Virus record (IMG/VR): IMGVR_UViG_3300010049_000009
Coordinates: 192,001 to 256,000 of that record
Length of the DNA stretch: 64,000 nt
Direction: 5' to 3' (one strand)
Source of the DNA: a virus
Taxonomy: Duplodnaviria > Heunggongvirae > Uroviricota > Caudoviricetes
The notes beneath the pieces were generated by a model, which was given only the letters and a program-made list of their open reading frames with translations, did no database searches and was not told the origin of the DNA. The position numbers and the translations under genes were made by a program. This document shows, piece after piece, positions 8,326 through 17,100 of this stretch (positions are counted from its first letter, which is position 1; each line of letters starts with the position of its first letter).

Positions 8326-9907
8326 TATGTTTGAATTTGAAAAATTAGACAAAAACCCTATTTTGTGGACAGACGGATATAAGGTGTGTCACAAAGATCA
8401 ATATCCTGCGGGGTTGTCGTGGGTGTACCAAACATGGACACCAAGAAAATCAAGGGTTCCCGGTGTTAATCACGTTTGTTTCTTCGGATTACAAGGTGCG
8501 TTAGGTGAAATGACACAATCATTCAAGGAAAACTTTTTTGAAAGAGATGTGGAATTTGTTGTTAAATCCTATGAGGAAGAAATCAAAAACATTTTTTGGG
8601 AAACAAATCGTCATTTTGTGGATAACCACAAATCTACCCACATAAGGGAACTTCATAAGTTGGGATATTTACCTATCAGGGTTAAAGCACTACCCGAAGG
8701 GGCGTTTGTACCAATTGGTTGCCCAATGTTTACCATTGAAAATACATTACCGAATTTTTATTGGTTGCCCGGTTATTTAGAAACTCAATTATCTGCGTAT
8801 ATTTGGCAGCCAATGACAGCGGCAACCACAGCAGATTTTTACCGCCGAATATTAAGCCACTATGCTGCGCTAACAACCGATGATATTAGCAGAGTATTTT
8901 TTCAAGCGGGGGATTTCTCAATGCGTGGTATGCCAAGCCCGGAAGTTGGATACAGAACAGGTGCAGGACACTTAACAAGTTTTGGTGTGTCAGCAACGAT
9001 TTCAGCAAGAAAATATTTGAGAACGTTTTATGATGCGGATTATGATGTAATGCGATACACACCTTCAACCGAACACTCTGTTATGTGTAGTTACGGTGAA
9101 AAGGAAATTGAAGCATTTCGTCATTTGATTACCGTGGTTCATCCAAGCGGAAACCTATCTATTGTTTCAGACACTTATGATTTTTGGAACATTGTGGATG
9201 TAGTTCTTCCCGCATTGAAAAAGGAAATAATGAACCGTCATGGTAAAATATTAATTCGCCCCGACAGCGGAGAACCGGTTGATATTATTTGTGGTAAAGT
9301 GGTTTATATGGTAGATGATAAAGGAAATAAATGTAAAGCACAACCTGAGTCTGAATCTATTGAAAAGGGTTTAGTAGAACGTTTGTGGGAAATTTTTGGT
9401 GGTATCGTCAACCACAAAGGTTTTAGAGAACTTGATCCACACATAGGGGTTGTTTATGGTGATTCCATTACCCCCGATAGAGCAATAAGAATTTGTAAGG
9501 GTTTAATGTCCAAAGGTTTTGCAACAATTAATGCGATTTTGGGTATTGGTAGTTTCACTTATCAATACAACACAAGGGATACGTTTGGTTTTGCTCTAAA
9601 AGGTACTGCCGAAATAGAATATGAAACCTTCAAAATGATTTTCAAAAACCCAAAAACTGATAACGACAACTTCAAAAAATCCCAAAAGGGTATGGTCGCT
9701 GTTATTTGGAATAACATTAAAGAAGATTGGGAAATGAAAGATTGTTTAACACCGGAAGATGTTGAGGTTATGGGTGAAACCAATTGCTTACGTGATTTCT
9801 ACATTGACGGTAAATTTGTTTACATTAATAAGTTTGATGCAATCAGAGATCGTATTAAATATGAGTCGAATAGAATTTATAAATCTAAACCCGAATTATA
9901 CCAATGA
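8318..9907 (+). CDS. NAMPT/NadV-family phosphoribosyltransferase (phage Namat-like), variant specificity residue
   Basis: TDGYKVCH, DFSMRG, STEHSVMC, SIVSDTYD, IRPDSG, VYGDSIT, GIGSFTYQYNTRDTFGFALK, KSQKG. ATG at 8327 is an alternative start. Confidence 0.92.
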   Translation: MNNMFEFEKLDKNPILWTDGYKVCHKDQYPAGLSWVYQTWTPRKSRVPGVNHVCFFGLQGALGEMTQSFKENFFERDVEFVVKSYEEEIKNIFWETNRHFVDNHKSTHIRELHKLGYLPIRVKALPEGAFVPIGCPMFTIENTLPNFYWLPGYLETQLSAYIWQPMTAATTADFYRRILSHYAALTTDDISRVFFQAGDFSMRGMPSPEVGYRTGAGHLTSFGVSATISARKYLRTFYDADYDVMRYTPSTEHSVMCSYGEKEIEAFRHLITVVHPSGNLSIVSDTYDFWNIVDVVLPALKKEIMNRHGKILIRPDSGEPVDIICGKVVYMVDDKGNKCKAQPESESIEKGLVERLWEIFGGIVNHKGFRELDPHIGVVYGDSITPDRAIRICKGLMSKGFATINAILGIGSFTYQYNTRDTFGFALKGTAEIEYETFKMIFKNPKTDNDNFKKSQKGMVAVIWNNIKEDWEMKDCLTPEDVEVMGETNCLRDFYIDGKFVYINKFDAIRDRIKYESNRIYKSKPELYQ

Positions 9908-10719
9908 AACACTCAAATTTTTTTATAACAGACGAAAACGTTAGTCAGTATATCCACGCCATAGGATTGTGGTTAAAAAAGAAAGTGGGTAAAAAGGGGG
10001 TTGTACTTGGAATGAGTGGTGGTATTGATTGTGCTGTCGTTGCTCGATTATGTCAAACAGCGGGGGTTGATTGTCACTTAATAATGTTACCCTGTGGTTA
10101 CGCTATGGTAAGTGATAAAAGTTATGATCATGCAAAGGAATTGATAAATCAATTTGAGTTTCGTTGGCACGAGTGGGATATTACAAATACATTTAACACC
10201 CTTTGTTATATACCTGACGGTGATGAAAGAGAGTTATCTGACAAAGAACGGTTAGTGTATGCAAACACAAAAGCGCGTATCCGAATGACATATCTTTATC
10301 AATGGGCACAATTGAATGGTCGTTTGGTAATAGGCACAAGTAACCTATCAGAAAGATATGTTGGGTATTGCACCAAGTGGGGTGATATGGGTAGTGACCT
10401 AAACCCATTAGGAAATTTAACCAAGCGGGAAGTTTATATACTTGCCAAATGGTTGGAAGTACCTGATTGTATTATCAACAAACCACCTTCTGCTGGTTTG
10501 TGGGTAGGACAAACCGACGAAGAAGAATTGGGATTCACTTATGAACAACTTGATGATTTCATTATGAATGGTAGTTCGGGTTGCCAAAGAGTTGATGACG
10601 CTATTTTGACAAGAAATGAAATGGCTCAACATAAAATACACCCCATACCACTATTTGGACCAAATGGATTTGAATACGAAGATTATTGTAAAACAAATAA
10701 CGGATTGTTAAACCCTTAA
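9904..10719 (+). CDS. nadE: NH3-dependent NAD+ synthetase
   Basis: VVLGMSGGIDC, NTKARIRM, IGTSNLSE, GYCTKWGD, KPPSAGLWVGQTDEEELG; no glutaminase domain. Confidence 0.93.
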   Translation: MKHSNFFITDENVSQYIHAIGLWLKKKVGKKGVVLGMSGGIDCAVVARLCQTAGVDCHLIMLPCGYAMVSDKSYDHAKELINQFEFRWHEWDITNTFNTLCYIPDGDERELSDKERLVYANTKARIRMTYLYQWAQLNGRLVIGTSNLSERYVGYCTKWGDMGSDLNPLGNLTKREVYILAKWLEVPDCIINKPPSAGLWVGQTDEEELGFTYEQLDDFIMNGSSGCQRVDDAILTRNEMAQHKIHPIPLFGPNGFEYEDYCKTNNGLLNP

Positions 10720-10730
10720 ATTTTAATAAA

Positions 10731-11261
10731 ATGAAAAATAAAATATTAATAGTAGTTGATATGCAGAATGATTTCTGCGGTGAAGGTGGTGTATTAACCA
10801 CCAAAGAAGCACAAGAAATTATACCGGTAGTTAAACAAAAAATAAAGGAGTATGATGGTAGTGTAGTATATTTTACAGCGGATACCCATTATGACAACTA
10901 CCTTGAAACACCGGAGGGTAAGGCGTTACCCGTACCACACTGTATTGAAGGAACATGGGGTCATAAAATTTATGAGGGTTTGGCAGACCCCGATAATATG
11001 CAACATTACCCCTTTCAAAAAGAAACCTTTGGGACATTCTTTTGGTTAAATGTACCATTGTTTCAAAAATATGAAACGGAAGAGGTTGAGTTATGTGGAT
11101 TATGTACAGACATTTGTGTTATCACAAACGCGCTTATTATAAAAACAGCGTTTCCCCATTTGAAAGTTACTGTGGATATAAAAGCATGTGCGGGTGTAAC
11201 CCCCGAAACCCATAATGCTGCGCTGTCAGTAATGAGAATGTGTCAAATCAATGTGATATGA
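10731..11261 (+). CDS. pncA: nicotinamidase (isochorismatase-family cysteine hydrolase)
   Basis: VVDMQNDF (Asp), DTH...HC (metal site), QKETFG (Lys), GLCTDICV (Cys). Confidence 0.85.
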   Translation: MKNKILIVVDMQNDFCGEGGVLTTKEAQEIIPVVKQKIKEYDGSVVYFTADTHYDNYLETPEGKALPVPHCIEGTWGHKIYEGLADPDNMQHYPFQKETFGTFFWLNVPLFQKYETEEVELCGLCTDICVITNALIIKTAFPHLKVTVDIKACAGVTPETHNAALSVMRMCQINVI

Positions 11262-12055
11262 AACTAATCAAACATAGTGCGAGTCCGATATTTGGACCTA
11301 TTGGATACAACCCCCCTGTGGAAGAGGGGGGTCCCAATAAAAATGACCTTCTGAATGATGTGTATCGCCAAATAAATATGATTGGTATTTTATGTAATGA
11401 TAAATCACAAACTTGGGATATATGTAATCATGGTGCAGTATATTTAAGAAGAACACACCCTGAAACCAAGTGGAGTAATGAGTGGTTATACAAATACAAA
11501 AATAACCATTATTCAAGAGTAAGAAATGATAATAACGGTTATAGTCTTAATGTTACAACCAACTATCGCACACTTTTAGAACATGGGTGGACAGAAGATA
11601 TTGAATATATTTGTTCACCAACAAAAGACCATGAAAAAATGGTATCGGTTCGGTTTGGTACGGATAGAAACACCGCAATTACATTAATGGATAATGATTT
11701 GTTTTTCATAACAACACAAAAGGATCGGATACTTGAACGCGATATATATTTCATTCAACCAAATTGGATAAGTGATGAAAATTTAAACGCATACGAACCA
11801 AGTTCTTCTGTTAAAGAATTTGTGGAAGGGTTAGAAATTGCTGAAAACAAATATTTTGAAATAATAGATTGTGGTGTGGAACACGAAGAGGCTGTAAACA
11901 TTTTACCAACGGCACTCCATACCGAATTTGTTATGACAGGTTTTGTATCCAATTGGATTAAGTTTTTTACCCCAATAGAAAAATATTCTGATACAGTGCG
12001 TTTAAACATCATTGAACCACTTATTGAAAAGTTTAAGGGTTATGGGTATATGTAA
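11258..12055 (+). CDS. ThyX (FAD-dependent thymidylate synthase) homologue lacking the catalytic motif
   Basis: HGAVYL, YSRV, TTNYR, VSVRFGTDR, EEAVNILPTALHTEFVMTGFVSNWIKFF match Bacteroidales-type ThyX, but RHRx7S is absent. ATGA overlap with pncA. Confidence 0.7.
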   Translation: MKLIKHSASPIFGPIGYNPPVEEGGPNKNDLLNDVYRQINMIGILCNDKSQTWDICNHGAVYLRRTHPETKWSNEWLYKYKNNHYSRVRNDNNGYSLNVTTNYRTLLEHGWTEDIEYICSPTKDHEKMVSVRFGTDRNTAITLMDNDLFFITTQKDRILERDIYFIQPNWISDENLNAYEPSSSVKEFVEGLEIAENKYFEIIDCGVEHEEAVNILPTALHTEFVMTGFVSNWIKFFTPIEKYSDTVRLNIIEPLIEKFKGYGYM

Positions 12056-12091
12056 AAAATAAAAGTTATTAATCATTAAAAAAAAATAGTT

Positions 12092-12274
12092 ATGCGTAAA
12101 AATAGAAAACACAACCACATTAGAAGATGGGCAAAAAACAATGGATTTAAAGTCAATGAAGAACATCAATTAGTGGTAATTAAGGAAGGAAGAGAATTAT
12201 CCTTCGGGTGGATTGAAAACGTTCCTACCGAAGTTCGTGATTGTGCAGTAAAACATTTTTTAGAAACGGAATAA
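12092..12274 (+). CDS. hypothetical protein
   Basis: 60-aa ORF after an A-rich leader. Confidence 0.6.
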   Translation: MRKNRKHNHIRRWAKNNGFKVNEEHQLVVIKEGRELSFGWIENVPTEVRDCAVKHFLETE

Positions 12275-12276
12275 AT

Positions 12277-12660
12277 ATGGCAATTGAAATTTTAAGTGTG
12301 GGTCGAAAAGGAAATAAAGTTCCACCACAATATATAGAATTTGAAACACCAACACACATGTTGTTTCAATGTGAGTGTTGTACCGCATCTTGGATAGCGG
12401 ATAAAGATAGTTTTTTTGTTGAACGTGGCGAGTATTGGGAGGCGTTTTTCTGTCCTTGTCCAACTTGTAGAATGGTGGTAACAAAATTTTGGGAACCATT
12501 AAACAGTGCCACAGTTGATAGTATAACTAGTTTCGCATTTAAAGGTGGACATAAGTTTGTATATGGGATTATCGAAAGAGTTGAAACCTCTACACCACCA
12601 AGAAAACCATTGGAAGTTTTTATCACAGAAAACACCAAAACCACAGAGGAGGTATCATGA
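12277..12660 (+). CDS. zinc-ribbon protein
   Basis: FQCECCTASW...CPCPTC; ATG at 12277 follows the previous stop. Confidence 0.65.
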   Translation: MAIEILSVGRKGNKVPPQYIEFETPTHMLFQCECCTASWIADKDSFFVERGEYWEAFFCPCPTCRMVVTKFWEPLNSATVDSITSFAFKGGHKFVYGIIERVETSTPPRKPLEVFITENTKTTEEVS

Positions 12661-12842
12661 AAGGTTGTATTAGAAGATTTTTTTGTTGGCACGACTACGA
12701 CTCCGAAGGTATTGGTTGGGAAAAAGAAGAAATGTATAAAATCCGTGACGGTAATCAACACATTTCAAAAACGTGGTTGTGGCGAATTATGAAGTGCAAA
12801 AAGTGTGGTAATTACACGACAGTCAAAATAGACATTGTATAA
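12657..12842 (+). CDS. small zinc-binding phage protein
   Basis: RRFFCWHDY...CKKCG; ATGA overlap. Confidence 0.65.
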   Translation: MKGCIRRFFCWHDYDSEGIGWEKEEMYKIRDGNQHISKTWLWRIMKCKKCGNYTTVKIDIV

Positions 12843-12880
12843 AAAAATGGGATGACAAATATCATCCCATTTTTATTTTT
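12841..12880. terminator. bidirectional intrinsic terminator
   Basis: AAAAATGGGATGA-CAAATA-TCATCCCATTTTT between convergent genes. Confidence 0.8.
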
Positions 12881-12894
12881 ATAGTATTCGGAAT

Positions 12895-13671
12895 TTAATC
12901 CCACACGTCAAGAATTTTAGATATAACAGGATTCCTAATAATATCCTCATTTCCAAATTCTATTATTCCAACCTCATCCACACCTTGAAGTTTTTCCATA
13001 GCATATTTAACACCAATCATATCTTTATTTTTCTTTATTTTTTCGTTGTCGCATTGCTCAACGTCTGATAAAATAATGTATTTGCTGTTGCTTCCGATTC
13101 TTGTAAGAATAGTTTTTATAGCAGATTTTGAATATTGCTGCGCCTCGTCAATCACCACAATAGAATTATCAATATTTACACCTCTTAAAAACGAAATGTG
13201 ATTATAAACAATGTAGTTACATTTTCTTAATTCTTCTAATATTTCCCTTGAATCTCTTCTATTTTCCGACAAATTCAATATTTTTTTTATGTTGTACCAA
13301 GTAGGTTCCAAGAATGGTGCGATTTTATCATCAACGCTTCCTTTTAAGAAACCCAATTCTAATTCGCTCTGAACAGTTTGTGCTATCAATAGTATTTGAC
13401 GATACGGATTATCTTTCTTTTTAAGAATATCCAACGCCGCTGATAGACCTACAAATGACTTACCGGAACCCGCCGACCCCTGACAAAATATTATTTCTTT
13501 GTCGTGGATTAGGCGATAGAAATCTTTTTGTTTTTCATTCTTCGCCTTGAAGTTGATTTTGTAATTTAGTGCCTCATAACAGAATTTTCTTTCTGAATAA
13601 GTTTCACTTGGAGAGGTATACATAGATAGTTCCTCTTCCATTTCTCTTGTCCACTTCTTTTTCCTTACCAT
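12895..13671 (-). CDS. phoH: PhoH-family ATPase
   Basis: AKNEKQ, GSAGSGKS, LGFLKG, FLRG, VVIDEAQ, ILTRIG, DIIRNP. Confidence 0.92.
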   Translation of the reverse strand: MVRKKKWTREMEEELSMYTSPSETYSERKFCYEALNYKINFKAKNEKQKDFYRLIHDKEIIFCQGSAGSGKSFVGLSAALDILKKKDNPYRQILLIAQTVQSELELGFLKGSVDDKIAPFLEPTWYNIKKILNLSENRRDSREILEELRKCNYIVYNHISFLRGVNIDNSIVVIDEAQQYSKSAIKTILTRIGSNSKYIILSDVEQCDNEKIKKNKDMIGVKYAMEKLQGVDEVGIIEFGNEDIIRNPVISKILDVWD

Positions 13672-13694
13672 AACTGATATTTTTATAATATTAT

Positions 13695-13793
13695 TAATCG
13701 TATGAAAAATAACAGAAAAAGGGTATCAACCCAATTAATGTCTTGACACCCTTTAATTTATATTTTATTATTACAATTATTTTCATACGATTA
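13695..13793. repeat. 14-bp perfect inverted repeat enclosing a terminator-like hairpin
   Basis: TAATCGTATGAAAA (13695-13708) and TTTTCATACGATTA (13780-13793); inner AAAGGGTATCAA...TTGACACCCTTT. Confidence 0.75.
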
Positions 13794-13847
13794 TAAATAG
13801 CTTTCAGATGGTAGTATTGGAAAAATAAAATTGAAATCCTATTTATA
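13792..13847. promoter_or_regulatory. divergent pair of putative late promoter motifs CTATTTATA
   Basis: Minus copy at 13792-13800 (toward phoH); plus copy at 13839-13847 (toward ORF 13867). Confidence 0.5.
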
Positions 13848-13866
13848 GAAAATAAGAAATATTATA

Positions 13867-14073
13867 ATGGATATACAAATTTTAAGAATGGGTAGAATAC
13901 CCAAAGATAAAACAACAAAAGGTGAAGCACTTCCTCCACTAACGTTTGTGTGTAGTTATTGCGACTGCAAATGGTGTGTAAAATTTGACGAAAAAGGAAG
14001 AACCTGTTCAACAGAATATTATACTTGTACTTGCCCAACCTGTAAATGTAGTAGTTTTCTTCCGATAAAATAA
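13867..14073 (+). CDS. small zinc-ribbon protein, paralogue of 12277..12660
   Basis: FVCSYCDCKW...CTCPTC. Confidence 0.65.
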   Translation: MDIQILRMGRIPKDKTTKGEALPPLTFVCSYCDCKWCVKFDEKGRTCSTEYYTCTCPTCKCSSFLPIK

Positions 14074-14117
14074 ATAAACACTTTCTTTACCGTTAATTGC
14101 AAAGTGAAATTTTTCTG

Positions 14118-14126
14118 CTATTTATA
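14118..14126 (+). promoter_or_regulatory. putative late promoter motif CTATTTATA
   Basis: About 30 nt upstream of the tail sheath ATG. Confidence 0.55.
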
Positions 14127-14157
14127 TATAAAATAATATAAATAAAAGAATAATAAA

Positions 14158-17100
14158 ATGGCATTAACTAATGTAAAAGGATTACATACTACTCCAGGCA
14201 TTTATCAGAAAGAAACTGAAATGCGCGCTAATAGGGAAAGCATAGGCGGTATCACCAGCCTTGGTCTTGTTGGCGAAACACTTAGAGGTCCAGCCTTTAC
14301 TCCTATGTTTATAGATAATTGGAGAAATTTTGAATATGTATTTGGTGGTACGTCATCAGAACAATATGCGGGTTCAAAGTATCCTAGATATGAGTTACCT
14401 TATATCGCATTGGATTACCTAACAGAATCTACACAATTATATGTAACAAGAGTATTAGGATTATCAGGATATAGTGCTGGAAAAGCATGGCTTATAAGAG
14501 CAATTGGTTCAGGTGAAGGTGATGATATGTTAATCGGTGTAATTAGATCAAGAGGTCGCTACATTGAAACATATGGATTACCAAAATTTTCTGATGAACC
14601 TGTACCAAGTGGTAAAATTGAAAACAACGTTCAATATGTGGTTGGTAGAATTGAACAAACCGGTGAAAATGCAACCACACCAATACCTGCTACATCAGCT
14701 GTTAGATATGCGGGCACAGATTACAGATATGGGCAAAAGTTTTTCGGAACACATATCGCCGGATACAGTGGTGGAACAGTATTTGGACCGAATGGTGAAA
14801 TTGTTAGCAGCGATGGTTTAACAGTATATGGATATTGTGGAACAAGTTATGAATATGATAAATTCCTGTGGGATGTAAAAGAAGTTTATATCTCAATGGC
14901 AGGTGAAACCGCTGCTAATTTTACTTGTGGTTTGTCAGCAAGTTTTTCAAACACCACACGTGCGGGTATTCGTTGTACACCAACCGATTTTGGAACATTT
15001 AAACTTGTTTGTGAAATGTATAGTGGTGAATTTGTTTCATATACGGTTTCATTAAATCCGGGTTCATCTGATTATATATACAATGTATTAGGTGGAACAG
15101 CACAAGGTACAACCCCTATTTTTGTTGAAGAATTATATGATGTTGCACTTCAAAATTTAGTTGTTAAAAGAGCAACTGACCCCGTTAACTATATTGAAGG
15201 TATTTTGGTGGGTACAAGATTAGAAGTTCAACCACCGGATATGTTGATACCGAGATTGTATGATGGATTAGGTTCAAAAGGTTCAGACGAACCCATTATA
15301 CCAAAATTTAGACCAGTCAACGCTATTCTACACATACCTAATCACAGTTTGGATATTAATAATCTTGGTGAAAGATATTTGTATTCACAAGCAGAATCTA
15401 TTGTAACCGAATATTTTGATGACTCTGAACAAACCGCGGTTTTCACAAAAATAGTTGACCCCGAAGTTGATAATGGTAAAATCTTTGTTGTTAAAAGAAC
15501 ATTAGATGGTAATGGTAATATGTCATATAATTATCATTATATGGGTGAACAATTAAAACCATTTCACACACCTGACATAAATGGTGAAACCGAAAAATAT
15601 GTTTTTGTTATTGAAGACAATTTATTCTATGAAATGGTCAATTCTAGTGGTGGTGCAAGCGATAGTGCAATATTGTTTAATGCAGACCTTACACCCGGTG
15701 TTGTAACAAAAATTGCTGTAAAACAAGTTGAAGAAGAAGATGAAAGTAAAGAAGGGTACACATTAAATAATGTTGAAATAATAATAGAACCACCTTTAGG
15801 ATATGTTCCAACCAACTTTACATCAACAGACAGACCTGCAACAGTTAAAAATATTGTGATTATTGAAGGTCGAATAGTGGATATTGAACTTGAAAGTGGT
15901 GGTAGTGGATACACAAGTGCACCTGGTGTTAGTATTAATTACACAGGAGATTTACCAGCACCACCTGAACCGGAACTAGAAGCATTTGTTGGTGCTTCAA
16001 TCGAAAGAGTGAGAATACAACATCCCGGTGGTGGTTATACTTCAAGACCAACCGTCACCGTTGCAACACAACCGGAAGCGGGTGGTGTTTCCGCTGTATT
16101 AGAAGCGGTACTTAGAAATGGTAGTGTTGATAGAATTGATATAATTAATCCCGGTAGTGGTTACATTCCCCAATCATCCAATATTGAAGTAAAAGTTGGA
16201 GGAACTGATAATCTTATTCAAAGAGTAATTGGTGATATTTCAGACTATAAAGAAGCGTATAGAACACCTGTTACGCCTTGGGTTGTTTCTCAAATGATGG
16301 GTAGTTTTGCCACAAACGAAGTTAAAAAATTATTCCGTTTCTTCACAATATCTGACGGTGCTACCGCCAATACAATGTGCAAAATAAGTATTCAGGGTAT
16401 TAATCCGAATAGTTTGACATTTGATGTTGTAGTTCGTGATTTCTATGATAATGACGGTTCAGTTAAAATTTTAGAAGTGTTTAGAGGTTGTAACCTTAAT
16501 CCGGCAAGTTCAGGATATATTTTGAATAGAATTGGTGACGTTCACGGAAGCACAATCCAAAGGTCTTCTTTCATTATGTGTGAAGTAGCGGATAACGATA
16601 CCATTAAATATGCAATACCTTGTGGTTTCTTGGGTTATCCTGTAAGACAATTGGGTTCAGATGTTCAAAAACCACAGTTGGCATTTAACACACAGGTTTA
16701 TGAAGGTATCAAACCAAAACGCCAATACTTCGGTTTCTCTGACATAACAGGTATAGACGTTGATATGCTAACATATAAAGGAAGAAGCGCATACACAGAC
16801 GGTTACTACACAGACGGTTTCCACTTGGATTCAAGGGTTTCTGACTGCAACACAGTAGTTGACGGCGAAAATCCCGGTGTTGATTGTACGGGTACAAACA
16901 AAGACTTATATACAACCGGTGTATTCACTTGGCAAACCCCACCACTTGAACTAAAAGGTGATGGAGATGAACCACCAATGTTGTCGTCAAATGAAGATAT
17001 TTTGGGAACAATTTATGAAGATATGTCTTTACGTAAATTCACATTGTGTTTCTACGGTGGATTTGATGGTTGGGACCCATATAGAACAGTGAGAACAACT

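Noticed and set aside
7495-9907. Plain canonical NARP1 (Adps + Namat) as the complete explanation
   Set aside because: It does not account for the coupled pncA and nadE or for loss of the D219-equivalent Asp. Kept only as the null hypothesis.
10012-10035. NadE inactivation suggested by SGGIDC instead of SGGxDS
   Set aside because: Ser-to-Cys is conservative and all other NadE motifs are intact.
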